48,029 nt of DNA from a virus (taxonomy: Duplodnaviria > Caudoviricetes), in IMG/VR virus record IMGVR_UViG_3300033418_000004, positions 1-48,029 of that record; one strand, given 5' to 3'. A program made the translations under genes and the position numbers. The notes under the pieces were generated by a model. That model worked only from the letters and a program-made list of their open reading frames with translations, was not told the DNA's origin and did no database searches. This document shows positions 8,098 through 16,540 of the stretch, piece by piece; the stretch's first letter is position 1, and the number at the start of each line of letters is the position of its first letter.

Positions 8098-9560
8098 TGA
8101 ATAATTTAATACTCGAGAAGTTGGCAGCGTGGCAGAAGAGTCCACTGTTGTTTGTAACAGAGTGTATTGGAGCGACTCCTTCTGACCAGCAAGCACAGGC
8201 CTTGGTACAGCTTGCCGGCGCTAAACGAACGAGCATACGGAGCGGACATGGTTGTGGGAAGTCGACCCTCGCGTCCTGGGCTATTATGTGGTTTATGGCT
8301 ACACGCCCGTACGCTAAGGTTGCTTGTACTGCGCCTACTGCTCGGCAGCTGGCAGATATTCTCTGGTCGGAACTCTCTAAATGGCTTCGTAAGTCGGTTC
8401 TGGCAGAAGAGTTTGTGATTCAGAAAGACAAGATCTTTCAATACGAAAACCCTAAGGAGTGGTGGTGCCGTGCTATTTCACCGAGTGTTAAGTCAAGTAA
8501 AGAAGAACAAGCTGAGACACTGGCGGGCCTCCATGGAGATCATCTTCTTATTGTGGTCGACGAAGCTTCAGGCGTCCCTGACCCAGTGTATATCCCGCTT
8601 GAAGGAGCGCTGACTCAGGAAGATAACAAGGTTATTCTTATAGGCAATATGACGAAGAACAAGGGATATTTCTACGATACCCACTTCGATCCCAAGATTA
8701 AACAGGCGTGGGCAAGGCACCACTGGGATAGCAGAAAATCTTCAAATGTTACCAAGGAAATGGTTGAATACTTTGCTAACAAGTACGGAATGGACAGCAA
8801 TGTATTCAGGATTCGCGTTGCTGGGGAGCCTCCCCTTGAAGATGAAAGAACGCTTATATCTCTTGCGTGGGCACAGCAGTGTATCGGCACAGGAGTTATT
8901 CCTGCCGAAGACGAACCGCTATTCTTGGGCGTTGACGTTGCTCGCTACGGTGACGACAAGTCGATCATTCTCCCGCGTAAAGGCTTTAAGATTATGCCTT
9001 GGGAAACGTTCCAGGGACTCAATACGATCTCTCTTGGAGGATTTGTAAATACCACTTATGTGGAACAAGAAGCTGAAGGTCTGGCCATAGATGAGATTGG
9101 CGTTGGTGCAGGTATCACGGACTGGTTGCAGAAGCATGGCCATGTAAAGACCTTCGGCGTGAATGTATCTGCTCAGTCTACCGACCCAATGAAGTACCAT
9201 AGACTGCGAGACGAACTGTGGTGGAGAGTTAGAGAGAACTGTATCAAAGCACGCTATGACTTCCCTGACGTAGATGTGAATGTTGGTGGAACTACAATCA
9301 ATCTTGCACAGACTCTTTGCGATGAACTCTCCAGTCCCATGTACGACTACGACGAGAAAGGCGCTTACATTGTCGAGTCTAAGAAAGCTATGAAGCTTCG
9401 TGGAGTAGAGAGTCCTAATATTGCTGATGCTCTCTGTCTTACTGAGTACTTTGCTGCTTTCGCTCACAAACTCTGGAAGAAGCCTGTTGACGATAAGGAA
9501 CGCAGAAGACGTAGGTTACGGAGAGATAATAGAGGTCCAGATTCTTGGATGGCACAGTAA
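8097..9560 (+). CDS. terL: Terminase large subunit
   Basis: Walker A RSGHGCGKST, Walker B IVVDEAS, nuclease motifs GVDVARYGDD and SPNIADAL. Confidence 0.95.
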   Translation: MNNLILEKLAAWQKSPLLFVTECIGATPSDQQAQALVQLAGAKRTSIRSGHGCGKSTLASWAIMWFMATRPYAKVACTAPTARQLADILWSELSKWLRKSVLAEEFVIQKDKIFQYENPKEWWCRAISPSVKSSKEEQAETLAGLHGDHLLIVVDEASGVPDPVYIPLEGALTQEDNKVILIGNMTKNKGYFYDTHFDPKIKQAWARHHWDSRKSSNVTKEMVEYFANKYGMDSNVFRIRVAGEPPLEDERTLISLAWAQQCIGTGVIPAEDEPLFLGVDVARYGDDKSIILPRKGFKIMPWETFQGLNTISLGGFVNTTYVEQEAEGLAIDEIGVGAGITDWLQKHGHVKTFGVNVSAQSTDPMKYHRLRDELWWRVRENCIKARYDFPDVDVNVGGTTINLAQTLCDELSSPMYDYDEKGAYIVESKKAMKLRGVESPNIADALCLTEYFAAFAHKLWKKPVDDKERRRRRLRRDNRGPDSWMAQ

Positions 9561-9588
9561 GCGACCATGTCAAAAATTGACATTGCTG
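9559..9588 (+). repeat. Dispersed 30-bp palindromic element, copy 2
   Basis: AAGCGACC-ATGTCAA-AAA-TTGACAT-TGCTG directly at the terL stop. Confidence 0.9.
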
Positions 9589-9598
9589 GGAGACAGGA

Positions 9599-9757
9599 AT
9601 GCCAAGTACATCTAAAAAACAAAAGAGATTATTCGACTGGGCACTTGCTATGAAAAAGGGAGATGCACCTAAGGTCGCAGGTCCTGCTGGCAAGATTGCT
9701 TCTACGTTGTCTAAAGAGAAAATAAAAGACTTCACTGTCCTCAAACGAGGGAAATAA
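9599..9757 (+). CDS. Small basic DUF3008-like protein (52 aa; not in the ORF track)
   Basis: Manual translation MPSTSKKQKRLFDWALAMKKGDAPKVAGPAGKIASTLSKEKIKDFTVLKRGK; fills the terL-portal gap; GGGAG upstream. Confidence 0.7.
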   Translation: MPSTSKKQKRLFDWALAMKKGDAPKVAGPAGKIASTLSKEKIKDFTVLKRGK

Positions 9758-9758
9758 C

Positions 9759-11672
9759 ATGACCGAGACAGAAGTTAATAACGGCTTGTTCGCAGGAACT
9801 GAGCAGTTTCTACAGATGCTCAGGACCGCCGAAGTGTCTACTCCAGAAACGACATGGAGAAAGACGGCGATTGAAGACTATAAATTCTATGCCGGTAAGC
9901 AGGATTCTCCCGAAATTCTGGCAGAGCTTGCGGCTAAGAATCGTCCGGCCACTACTTACAATGAGGTCATGCCTAAGATTAATATGCTTGTTGGTCTGGC
10001 AGCACAGACTAAGCATGATATCTTACTTAATCCTGTTGGAGTTGAAGATGAACCGTTGGCCGAAATAGCTACGGGAGCAATGAAGCACTTCCGAAAGAAG
10101 ATGAACCTTTCGAGAAAGGAGCTTGAGTGCTTTGAACATACAGTTAAAAGTGGTCGCAGTTTGCTGTACTTTTATATTGATAACAGCAATCCTTTCGAGC
10201 CGGAGATAAAGTGCACACGCTGGCCCGGGTGGGCATTCTTCATTGATCCTCAGAGCAAGGAATACGATCTGAGTGATGCGCGGTACGTTATTCTCGACAA
10301 GTGGCTTAACAAGCAGGAGATTCATTCTCGTTGGCCTGGACTTGAGATTACAAGAATATCGCAGTATTCTCACTATGTGCCGGCGCAGAGTAGTCAGTAC
10401 ATGGACATGCCTGTCTTTTTCAACGAGGCTCGCGATCTGTACAGACTTTGTGAAATTTGGTACTATAAGATTGAAGAAGTAATGTACTTCATTAATCCTG
10501 TAACTCAAGGAGTTGACTTTCTTCCGTTGAAAGAGTTTGGGAAGTTTGTTAGCTTGATTTCACAAGGACTGCCCGGGCCTAATGGCCAGATGCGAATGGT
10601 CAGACCAGAAGAACTCCAAGCTACAAAGAGCTTCAAGAAGATCTGGTATTACGTTATCTTCAGTGGAGTCGAGAAGATCGAAGAAGGGAAGAGTCCTTTC
10701 CGCGTCGATGGATTCCCTGGCGTTCTCTTTGGAGCGTATAAGAACGAAGATGATAACGCATGGTTCAGTGTTATTACCATGATGAAGGATCCACAGAAAG
10801 CACTGAATACAATGCGTAGGCAGTTGTCTCATTTGCTGCAAACACTTCCGAAAGGTATTCTTGCCCACGAATCAAATGCTATTCTGAACATCGAAGAATA
10901 CGAAGAGAGAAGTTCTGACCCGTCGTTCCATCTGGAAGTAGCACCTGGAGCTATTGATAAATTCAAGTTCGTCCAGCAACCGAGCATTAGTCCACTCTAC
11001 CAATCTGTCGATCAGTCCATGTCTCAGTCAATGCGAGACGTTAGTGGCATTCAAAACGAACTGATGGGTAAACAGGAGACAGGCCGTGAAGCAGTCGGAA
11101 GTGTGGAGCGAAGAACAGAAACCGGACTCGCCGTTCTATATACGCTTTATGATAACTACCGGGAGAGTCGTTGGCGTGCTGCCAAGATCCAATTCAAACT
11201 CATGCAGCAATATGTTACCACCCCACAGCTCATCCGAATCGAAGGAGCAGCAGGACAACAACTGATTCAGATCAATACACAGATCAATCCGGACTCTCCA
11301 AACTTCAATGACATTACTGCTGGGGACTTTGATCTGGAGATCTCAGAAACTTCTGAAATGGCTACGGCGCGTAAAGCAGTTGCAAGTATGCTTGTAGAGC
11401 ATAGCCAGAATAATCCTGGCGCGATACCAAGTGACGTTATCCTCGATTATGCTGATGTTCCTTACAGCGTTAAAGAGCGCGTCAAGCAGTACAATGAACA
11501 GAATGCAGCCGCTGCTCAGCAAGAGAAAGATCGTCTCTATGAACTTGAACTTCTCAAGATTCAGATGAAAGGAAACGAAGTTGCTGCTGATCAGGTTATC
11601 AAGCAAAGAGAAGTAGAGATCAAAGCAAGACAACAAGCCGCAAAGCCTAAAGCAAGTAGCACTGGAAGTTAA
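9759..11672 (+). CDS. Portal protein, P22-like
   Basis: 637 aa after terL; EDYKFYAGKQ..RP..TYN..PKINMLVG, MKDPQKALN, GDFDLEI and C-terminal helical barrel. Confidence 0.9.
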   Translation: MTETEVNNGLFAGTEQFLQMLRTAEVSTPETTWRKTAIEDYKFYAGKQDSPEILAELAAKNRPATTYNEVMPKINMLVGLAAQTKHDILLNPVGVEDEPLAEIATGAMKHFRKKMNLSRKELECFEHTVKSGRSLLYFYIDNSNPFEPEIKCTRWPGWAFFIDPQSKEYDLSDARYVILDKWLNKQEIHSRWPGLEITRISQYSHYVPAQSSQYMDMPVFFNEARDLYRLCEIWYYKIEEVMYFINPVTQGVDFLPLKEFGKFVSLISQGLPGPNGQMRMVRPEELQATKSFKKIWYYVIFSGVEKIEEGKSPFRVDGFPGVLFGAYKNEDDNAWFSVITMMKDPQKALNTMRRQLSHLLQTLPKGILAHESNAILNIEEYEERSSDPSFHLEVAPGAIDKFKFVQQPSISPLYQSVDQSMSQSMRDVSGIQNELMGKQETGREAVGSVERRTETGLAVLYTLYDNYRESRWRAAKIQFKLMQQYVTTPQLIRIEGAAGQQLIQINTQINPDSPNFNDITAGDFDLEISETSEMATARKAVASMLVEHSQNNPGAIPSDVILDYADVPYSVKERVKQYNEQNAAAAQQEKDRLYELELLKIQMKGNEVAADQVIKQREVEIKARQQAAKPKASSTGS

Positions 11673-11694
11673 CCTACAACCAAAGGAGAAACGA

Positions 11695-12492
11695 ATGAAG
11701 CCCGAAGAGATTTTAGCACTGGATTCGCAAGATTCCCTGGACGATGTGGTAGTTATTGGCGAAGAGCCAGTAGTACCTGATGGGGCGCTTGAGGAAGCCA
11801 CCGAAGTTCCTGGTACTGAAGAACAACCACTCCTTCCTGGTATCGAGCCACCTGCTCCTGCACAGGATCCTGCACTGCTTTCAATGCTGCGGGAAATGCG
11901 TCGCGAGAATGCTGCGATGCGCGAAAAGCTTGAGATGCTCGAGAAAGTAGCAAAGTCGGAAGAGGGAACTGTTGACCCTAACGTTCCTGGTGAGATCGAA
12001 ACTCTGCAACAGGAAATTGCTTCCTTCGCAGAGAATAACAGTGTGATGTATGAAACGCTGCTCGAGGTCATGGAAGCCAATCCGAAGTTCGCTGATGTTC
12101 GTGATGTTTGTTCGAGGGATAACCTGGACGACATTATTGACCAAGCGGCTACCAACATCGTCAAGCGGGACGGTGGCAATTTTGCTGTCGTATCACTCCA
12201 ACTGGAGAAGCAAATCTGGCAGGAGCGTAACCCGTACCGAAAGATGTACGAGCTGATCAAGACATATCATCCGAAGTATGCTGCGGCTGAAAAGCCAACT
12301 GAAACTCCGGCCGGCGAAGTACGCAAGCCTGCCCCTGCAACAGCCCCTACATCACTGGCAACTCTTGGTGGAGGAGATCTTGATCAGAAGTCTGGTTGGA
12401 CTGCTGAAAAGATCGACGCCCTTCCCGAGGACAAACTCTCAACTGTCCCTAAAGATATTTACGAAAAGTATCTTCTGGGAACTCTGGACTAA
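11695..12492 (+). CDS. Capsid scaffolding protein
   Basis: Acidic, Pro-rich, coiled-coil protein between portal and capsid genes. Confidence 0.75.
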   Translation: MKPEEILALDSQDSLDDVVVIGEEPVVPDGALEEATEVPGTEEQPLLPGIEPPAPAQDPALLSMLREMRRENAAMREKLEMLEKVAKSEEGTVDPNVPGEIETLQQEIASFAENNSVMYETLLEVMEANPKFADVRDVCSRDNLDDIIDQAATNIVKRDGGNFAVVSLQLEKQIWQERNPYRKMYELIKTYHPKYAAAEKPTETPAGEVRKPAPATAPTSLATLGGGDLDQKSGWTAEKIDALPEDKLSTVPKDIYEKYLLGTLD

Positions 12493-12504
12493 GGAGATTA
12501 AACA

Positions 12505-13560
12505 ATGGCTGATCCCAAGACTCAATTTCTGACAAACAATGCCCTCACCAGGAAACGGTGGGCACGAGACCTCTTCTCCATCATTCTGCCGAACGTTGAG
12601 TTTAGCGAACTCACTGGCACCAGCTCCGATTCAATCGTTCAACTTCGTACCGAGCTTGGCAAGGGCGAAGGCGACGAGATCACGTTCGGCATCCGCCTCC
12701 CGCTGTCTGGCGAAGGTGTTGTTGGCAATGACACTCTCGAAGGCAACGAAGAGAAACTGGTCTTCAAGAACTTCAAAATGACGATCGACGAGCTCAACCA
12801 TGCCGTGGATACTGGCGGTCGGATGGAAGAGCAGAGGATCCCCTATGACCTGATGACTGAGGGCAAGAATGGTCTCCAGGACTGGTGGGTTGCAAAGCTC
12901 TCCGATCTGCTCATCAATACTCTGGCAGGCAATGTCAACTTCAAGATCGCCGGCAAGTCCTTTGCGAATACTATCACAGCGCCGGATACCGGCCATGCAC
13001 TGGTCATGAACGGTCTCACTGAAGCGACTCTTACCAGCGCCGACGTGATGGACTTGAACTTCCTTAACAAGATGAAACAACGCGCGGAACTGCCGGCAGC
13101 AGGTTGCTACAAAATTCGGCCTCTGAAAATCAACGGCAAGTCTTACTTCCGTGTGTACCTCCACAACTACGCTTTCGATATGCTTCGCGAGAACGTGAAC
13201 ATCGGCCAGTGGGGAGACCTGCTTCGTGCCGCTGGTAAACTTCAGCAGCCAAACGTCGAAATCGAGTACAATGGTATGCTGATCGCCAAGACTGAACGGC
13301 TCCCGAATGTGGCGCCGAACAGTGTGGATGCCAGCGCGGGCGCTTATCGGGCTATCCTCGTTGGAGCACAGGCTGGTTGTTGGGCCTGGGGCGGTGCCGG
13401 AGAGTCCAAAGGTTCCGTCATGTCCTTCACTCCATACACTCGTGACGCCGAGCGCTTCGTCAACATCCGTGGCGGAGGCATCTTCGGCATGAAGAAAACT
13501 GGCTTCGACTCCAAGGACTACGGCGTTATCGTCGGCAGCTCCTGGGCCAACCCGCTGTAA
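12505..13560 (+). CDS. Major capsid protein (N4-gp56/DUF4043-like)
   Basis: ELGKGEGDEITFGIRLPLSGEGVVGNDTLEGNEEKL and AILVGAQA..AWG motifs; strong RBS. Confidence 0.92.
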   Translation: MADPKTQFLTNNALTRKRWARDLFSIILPNVEFSELTGTSSDSIVQLRTELGKGEGDEITFGIRLPLSGEGVVGNDTLEGNEEKLVFKNFKMTIDELNHAVDTGGRMEEQRIPYDLMTEGKNGLQDWWVAKLSDLLINTLAGNVNFKIAGKSFANTITAPDTGHALVMNGLTEATLTSADVMDLNFLNKMKQRAELPAAGCYKIRPLKINGKSYFRVYLHNYAFDMLRENVNIGQWGDLLRAAGKLQQPNVEIEYNGMLIAKTERLPNVAPNSVDASAGAYRAILVGAQAGCWAWGGAGESKGSVMSFTPYTRDAERFVNIRGGGIFGMKKTGFDSKDYGVIVGSSWANPL

Positions 13561-13584
13561 TACCCAGACAGTAAAGGAGATATC

Positions 13585-13989
13585 ATGGCAATTACTCGTA
13601 ACGTCCTTGCAACAGCCATCGCAGATGCCGGGCGCTTTGTAAAAAGTAAGCGCATTGACTCTGCGGTAGGTGTTGAAACCGTCGGCCTGATCTCTGTCCC
13701 CAAGAAAGCCTTCATCGAAACCTTGTGGATCGAGATTATCACAGAGTATCCATCGGCTGCTACTACCGAGACGCTGTTAGTCGGCTTTGTCGGTAACGGT
13801 GAAGCAGAGAATACTAGCTTCTTCGCTGATAGCACCGTTACTCTTCCTGAAGCGGCTGGACTCAAAGCAATTAATGTGTCCAAGTACTTCGAAACTGCAG
13901 GTGGTATTATCACGGTTACTACAGACCGTGGGGATGCAGCCTCTGGCGTTACCTATCGCCTCTTCGCTGACTACGAAGTTGTGTACTAA
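13585..13989 (+). CDS. Probable capsid decoration protein (134 aa)
   Basis: Beta-rich small protein immediately after the capsid gene. Confidence 0.6.
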   Translation: MAITRNVLATAIADAGRFVKSKRIDSAVGVETVGLISVPKKAFIETLWIEIITEYPSAATTETLLVGFVGNGEAENTSFFADSTVTLPEAAGLKAINVSKYFETAGGIITVTTDRGDAASGVTYRLFADYEVVY

Positions 13990-14016
13990 CAAACAAGACT
14001 AACAAGGAGATAAACC

Positions 14017-14508
14017 ATGGCTACAGTTGCAACTACTATTGATGGACGGAGGCCTGACCTCCGTATGCAAACCTTGGAGAATCCGTTTTGGATCACTTCG
14101 AAGGTTATCGAGTACGGAAAGTACCCCGGCAAGACCGTCGCCGTATTTGACTTCCCCAAAGGCACCTACAAGATCATCGACGCAGGGGTCGAGATCATCA
14201 CCGCCCTTACCGGAGGGACACCGTCTGTCGCTGTCGGAGCCATGACGGTTCCGGTCGAGGCTTTTGTCGACGGCGCCACCTTCACGTACTCGGCAACTGA
14301 TGGTTATGTTGCCAGTGCGGATGTTACCGAGGGAACTCCGGCTTACTACCCCTCCGCGGTTGCCGCCTATGCTGGCGGTGCTGGTAGCATCGTTGTGGGC
14401 GCAGCAACCACCATGCCTATCGTTGCTGTGACTCATGCGGCTTCAGGGACTGGTGGCCTCTACCGAGTGCACATGCTCATCACCCGAGTTCCTGTGCAGT
14501 CTGCTTAA
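14017..14508 (+). CDS. Probable capsid decoration protein (163 aa)
   Basis: FPKGTYKIIDAGVEIITA resembles VPKKAFIETLWIEIITE of the previous gene; AAGGAG RBS. Confidence 0.6.
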   Translation: MATVATTIDGRRPDLRMQTLENPFWITSKVIEYGKYPGKTVAVFDFPKGTYKIIDAGVEIITALTGGTPSVAVGAMTVPVEAFVDGATFTYSATDGYVASADVTEGTPAYYPSAVAAYAGGAGSIVVGAATTMPIVAVTHAASGTGGLYRVHMLITRVPVQSA

Positions 14509-14514
14509 TCACAT

Positions 14515-14564
14515 GGGGCCGCCTACTGGTATGTCAAAAATTGACGCCGCTGGTAGGCGGTCCC
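14515..14564 (+). repeat. Dispersed element copy 3 (14523-14552) embedded in a long RNA hairpin
   Basis: CTACTGGT-ATGTCAA-AAA-TTGACGC-CGCTG; 14515-14530 pairs with 14549-14564 using four G-U pairs. Confidence 0.85.
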
Positions 14565-14582
14565 GAGTTCTGGAGGATTCAG

Positions 14583-15203
14583 ATGGACTTTGCAACTTTA
14601 ATTACTGAGGTAGAACTGCTCGTTAAAGACCCGGTTTACTTCGACTTGATTCCCGGCTATATCAATACAGCGCTTGTTCACGCGGGGAGTCGAGTAAACT
14701 TCCCATCCTTAAAGTGCGTAGGTACAGTCGTTACCGTCGAGAACCAGATGTTTGTGCCGTTAACGAGCGATCGCATGGGGAGAATCAAAGTTATCTCAGA
14801 TACCATAGCAGTCTACCCTAATCTTGAGGGGATGATTGACGCGCTGCACATTACAGACCTAACTCAAACAGGGCCTGTTGAAGGTGTAGCAGTCGAAGGA
14901 ACAAATCTGTGGTACTGGCCAATTCCCCTTACACCTCAGACGATTACGTTTATAGGTTATCTGAATCCTCCAGCTTTAGTTAAAGAAAGCGATGTACCGT
15001 ATCTTATTCCTGACCATTTACAGATGAAACTTCTGGTGCATGGCGCAGCAAGATATGCTTTCTCTAAACAGGAAGATGGTATAGATGGACTGAAAGTTAA
15101 CACGGCGTGGAGTGAAAGTGAAGTGGAAAAAGGTATATTAGAACTCGGTGCCTTCATAGGCCGAAGCAGAACCCATCAGACTAGCAGCACTTGGAGGGTG
15201 TGA
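14583..15203 (+). CDS. Head-tail adaptor / tail tubular protein A-like
   Basis: ATG at 14583 after GGAGG; LWYWPIP and PYLIPDHLQMKLLVHGA patterns of podovirus adaptors. Confidence 0.75.
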   Translation: MDFATLITEVELLVKDPVYFDLIPGYINTALVHAGSRVNFPSLKCVGTVVTVENQMFVPLTSDRMGRIKVISDTIAVYPNLEGMIDALHITDLTQTGPVEGVAVEGTNLWYWPIPLTPQTITFIGYLNPPALVKESDVPYLIPDHLQMKLLVHGAARYAFSKQEDGIDGLKVNTAWSESEVEKGILELGAFIGRSRTHQTSSTWRV

Positions 15204-16540
15204 TGAAAGAAGTTGTTTTGCTTAGGGTCTGTCGAGGGATGAATGACAGTGGCAGCTTTAATGCTCCTGAGATAAATGTTGAAACAGGCGAAGCAGAAAT
15301 TATAGACTGTAAGAATGTCACAACAACTCCTGATGGTCGTGTAGAAACGACTCCGGGGTACGCTACAATAGTTACACCTGCAGATCCGATATTGGCTATT
15401 TCGGCTGGCGATAAATTTTTAGTGCAAACAGAAGGAACTTTAAGTAAACTGTTGGGCACTACCTTAACAACTCTTGACTCTTCTACTGCGCTAGAAAATA
15501 CAGCGGCTTTTGTTAATACACTGATTGATACTCGCTTTAATCTTCCAGATGGGTCTAAGTATAAAATTAAGAACGGAGTCGATACTATTACTGAGTTGGG
15601 AGTTGGGCAGTATTCCGGGCCACCCACATCTATTACGTATTATGGGATGCCTGTATTTACATCGGCCTTTGTTCACAACTCAAAGCTTTATGCTGCATAC
15701 GGCTCGTTCCTTCAATACAGTAGTGGTTACGGATACGATCTGTGGAATCTTGCTGATGATTTCATTCCTTGCTATAAAACCATATGGCAAGCAGGAGCAA
15801 TACCTGGCTGCGTAGTAACAACGCATAGCGATGGCATCATTGTCTATTCTGGATCGGGTCCGGCAAACTTTGCTAAACGCTTCTATCCCTGTCCGGTAAT
15901 TAACAGGACATTATGGAGCGGTTTAGTTTCCCGCGTCATTGGCCACTTGCATGTATTTCTTGCTGAGAATGGTTTGTACATAGTGACCCCAGATGGTCAA
16001 GTGAAAAACCTCACAGAAGAAAGCATGGATAATATAAAAGCACTTAACACTTCGTATACTGCAACTACGATGGCTGATGGTAAGTACATTGCTTATGGCA
16101 ACAATACAGCCATTGACTACAGTTTCAAGACAAAAGCTTTCATGAAGCGAGATGCGAATGGCATTATTGCTACAACGCTGAAGGACGGTATTCCATTCTT
16201 TGCTTCAGCATCGAAAGTGCTTTCTCTGGACGAGACTAACTTCAGTCATGAGAGCAGTATAACACTTCCGTTCTCAGACTTAAGTGCTCCTCAAGCAAAG
16301 CGTTTCCATTGTCTTTATCTGACAGGTGAGTTCAAAGGAGCATTGACGATTACAGTTAGTAACCAGCGTGGCGACAGTGTTTCTGTGGATGCACCTAAAC
16401 TTGGGCTGGTTCATCAGTATCGAGTCAATGGAATAAGTCCTTGCATTGGTACAAACCTGTCGGTTAAGATTAAGTGCAAGTCTGGTTACATGAGGATTGA
16501 AGAACTGCGTGGAGTTTATATCCCAACAGCAGGAAGATAA
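15203..16540 (+). CDS. Tail nozzle / tail tubular protein B-like
   Basis: DCKNV..TPDGRVETTPGY start, beta-propeller-like body, KRFHCLYL near the end; TGATG coupling. Confidence 0.7.
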   Translation: MKEVVLLRVCRGMNDSGSFNAPEINVETGEAEIIDCKNVTTTPDGRVETTPGYATIVTPADPILAISAGDKFLVQTEGTLSKLLGTTLTTLDSSTALENTAAFVNTLIDTRFNLPDGSKYKIKNGVDTITELGVGQYSGPPTSITYYGMPVFTSAFVHNSKLYAAYGSFLQYSSGYGYDLWNLADDFIPCYKTIWQAGAIPGCVVTTHSDGIIVYSGSGPANFAKRFYPCPVINRTLWSGLVSRVIGHLHVFLAENGLYIVTPDGQVKNLTEESMDNIKALNTSYTATTMADGKYIAYGNNTAIDYSFKTKAFMKRDANGIIATTLKDGIPFFASASKVLSLDETNFSHESSITLPFSDLSAPQAKRFHCLYLTGEFKGALTITVSNQRGDSVSVDAPKLGLVHQYRVNGISPCIGTNLSVKIKCKSGYMRIEELRGVYIPTAGR

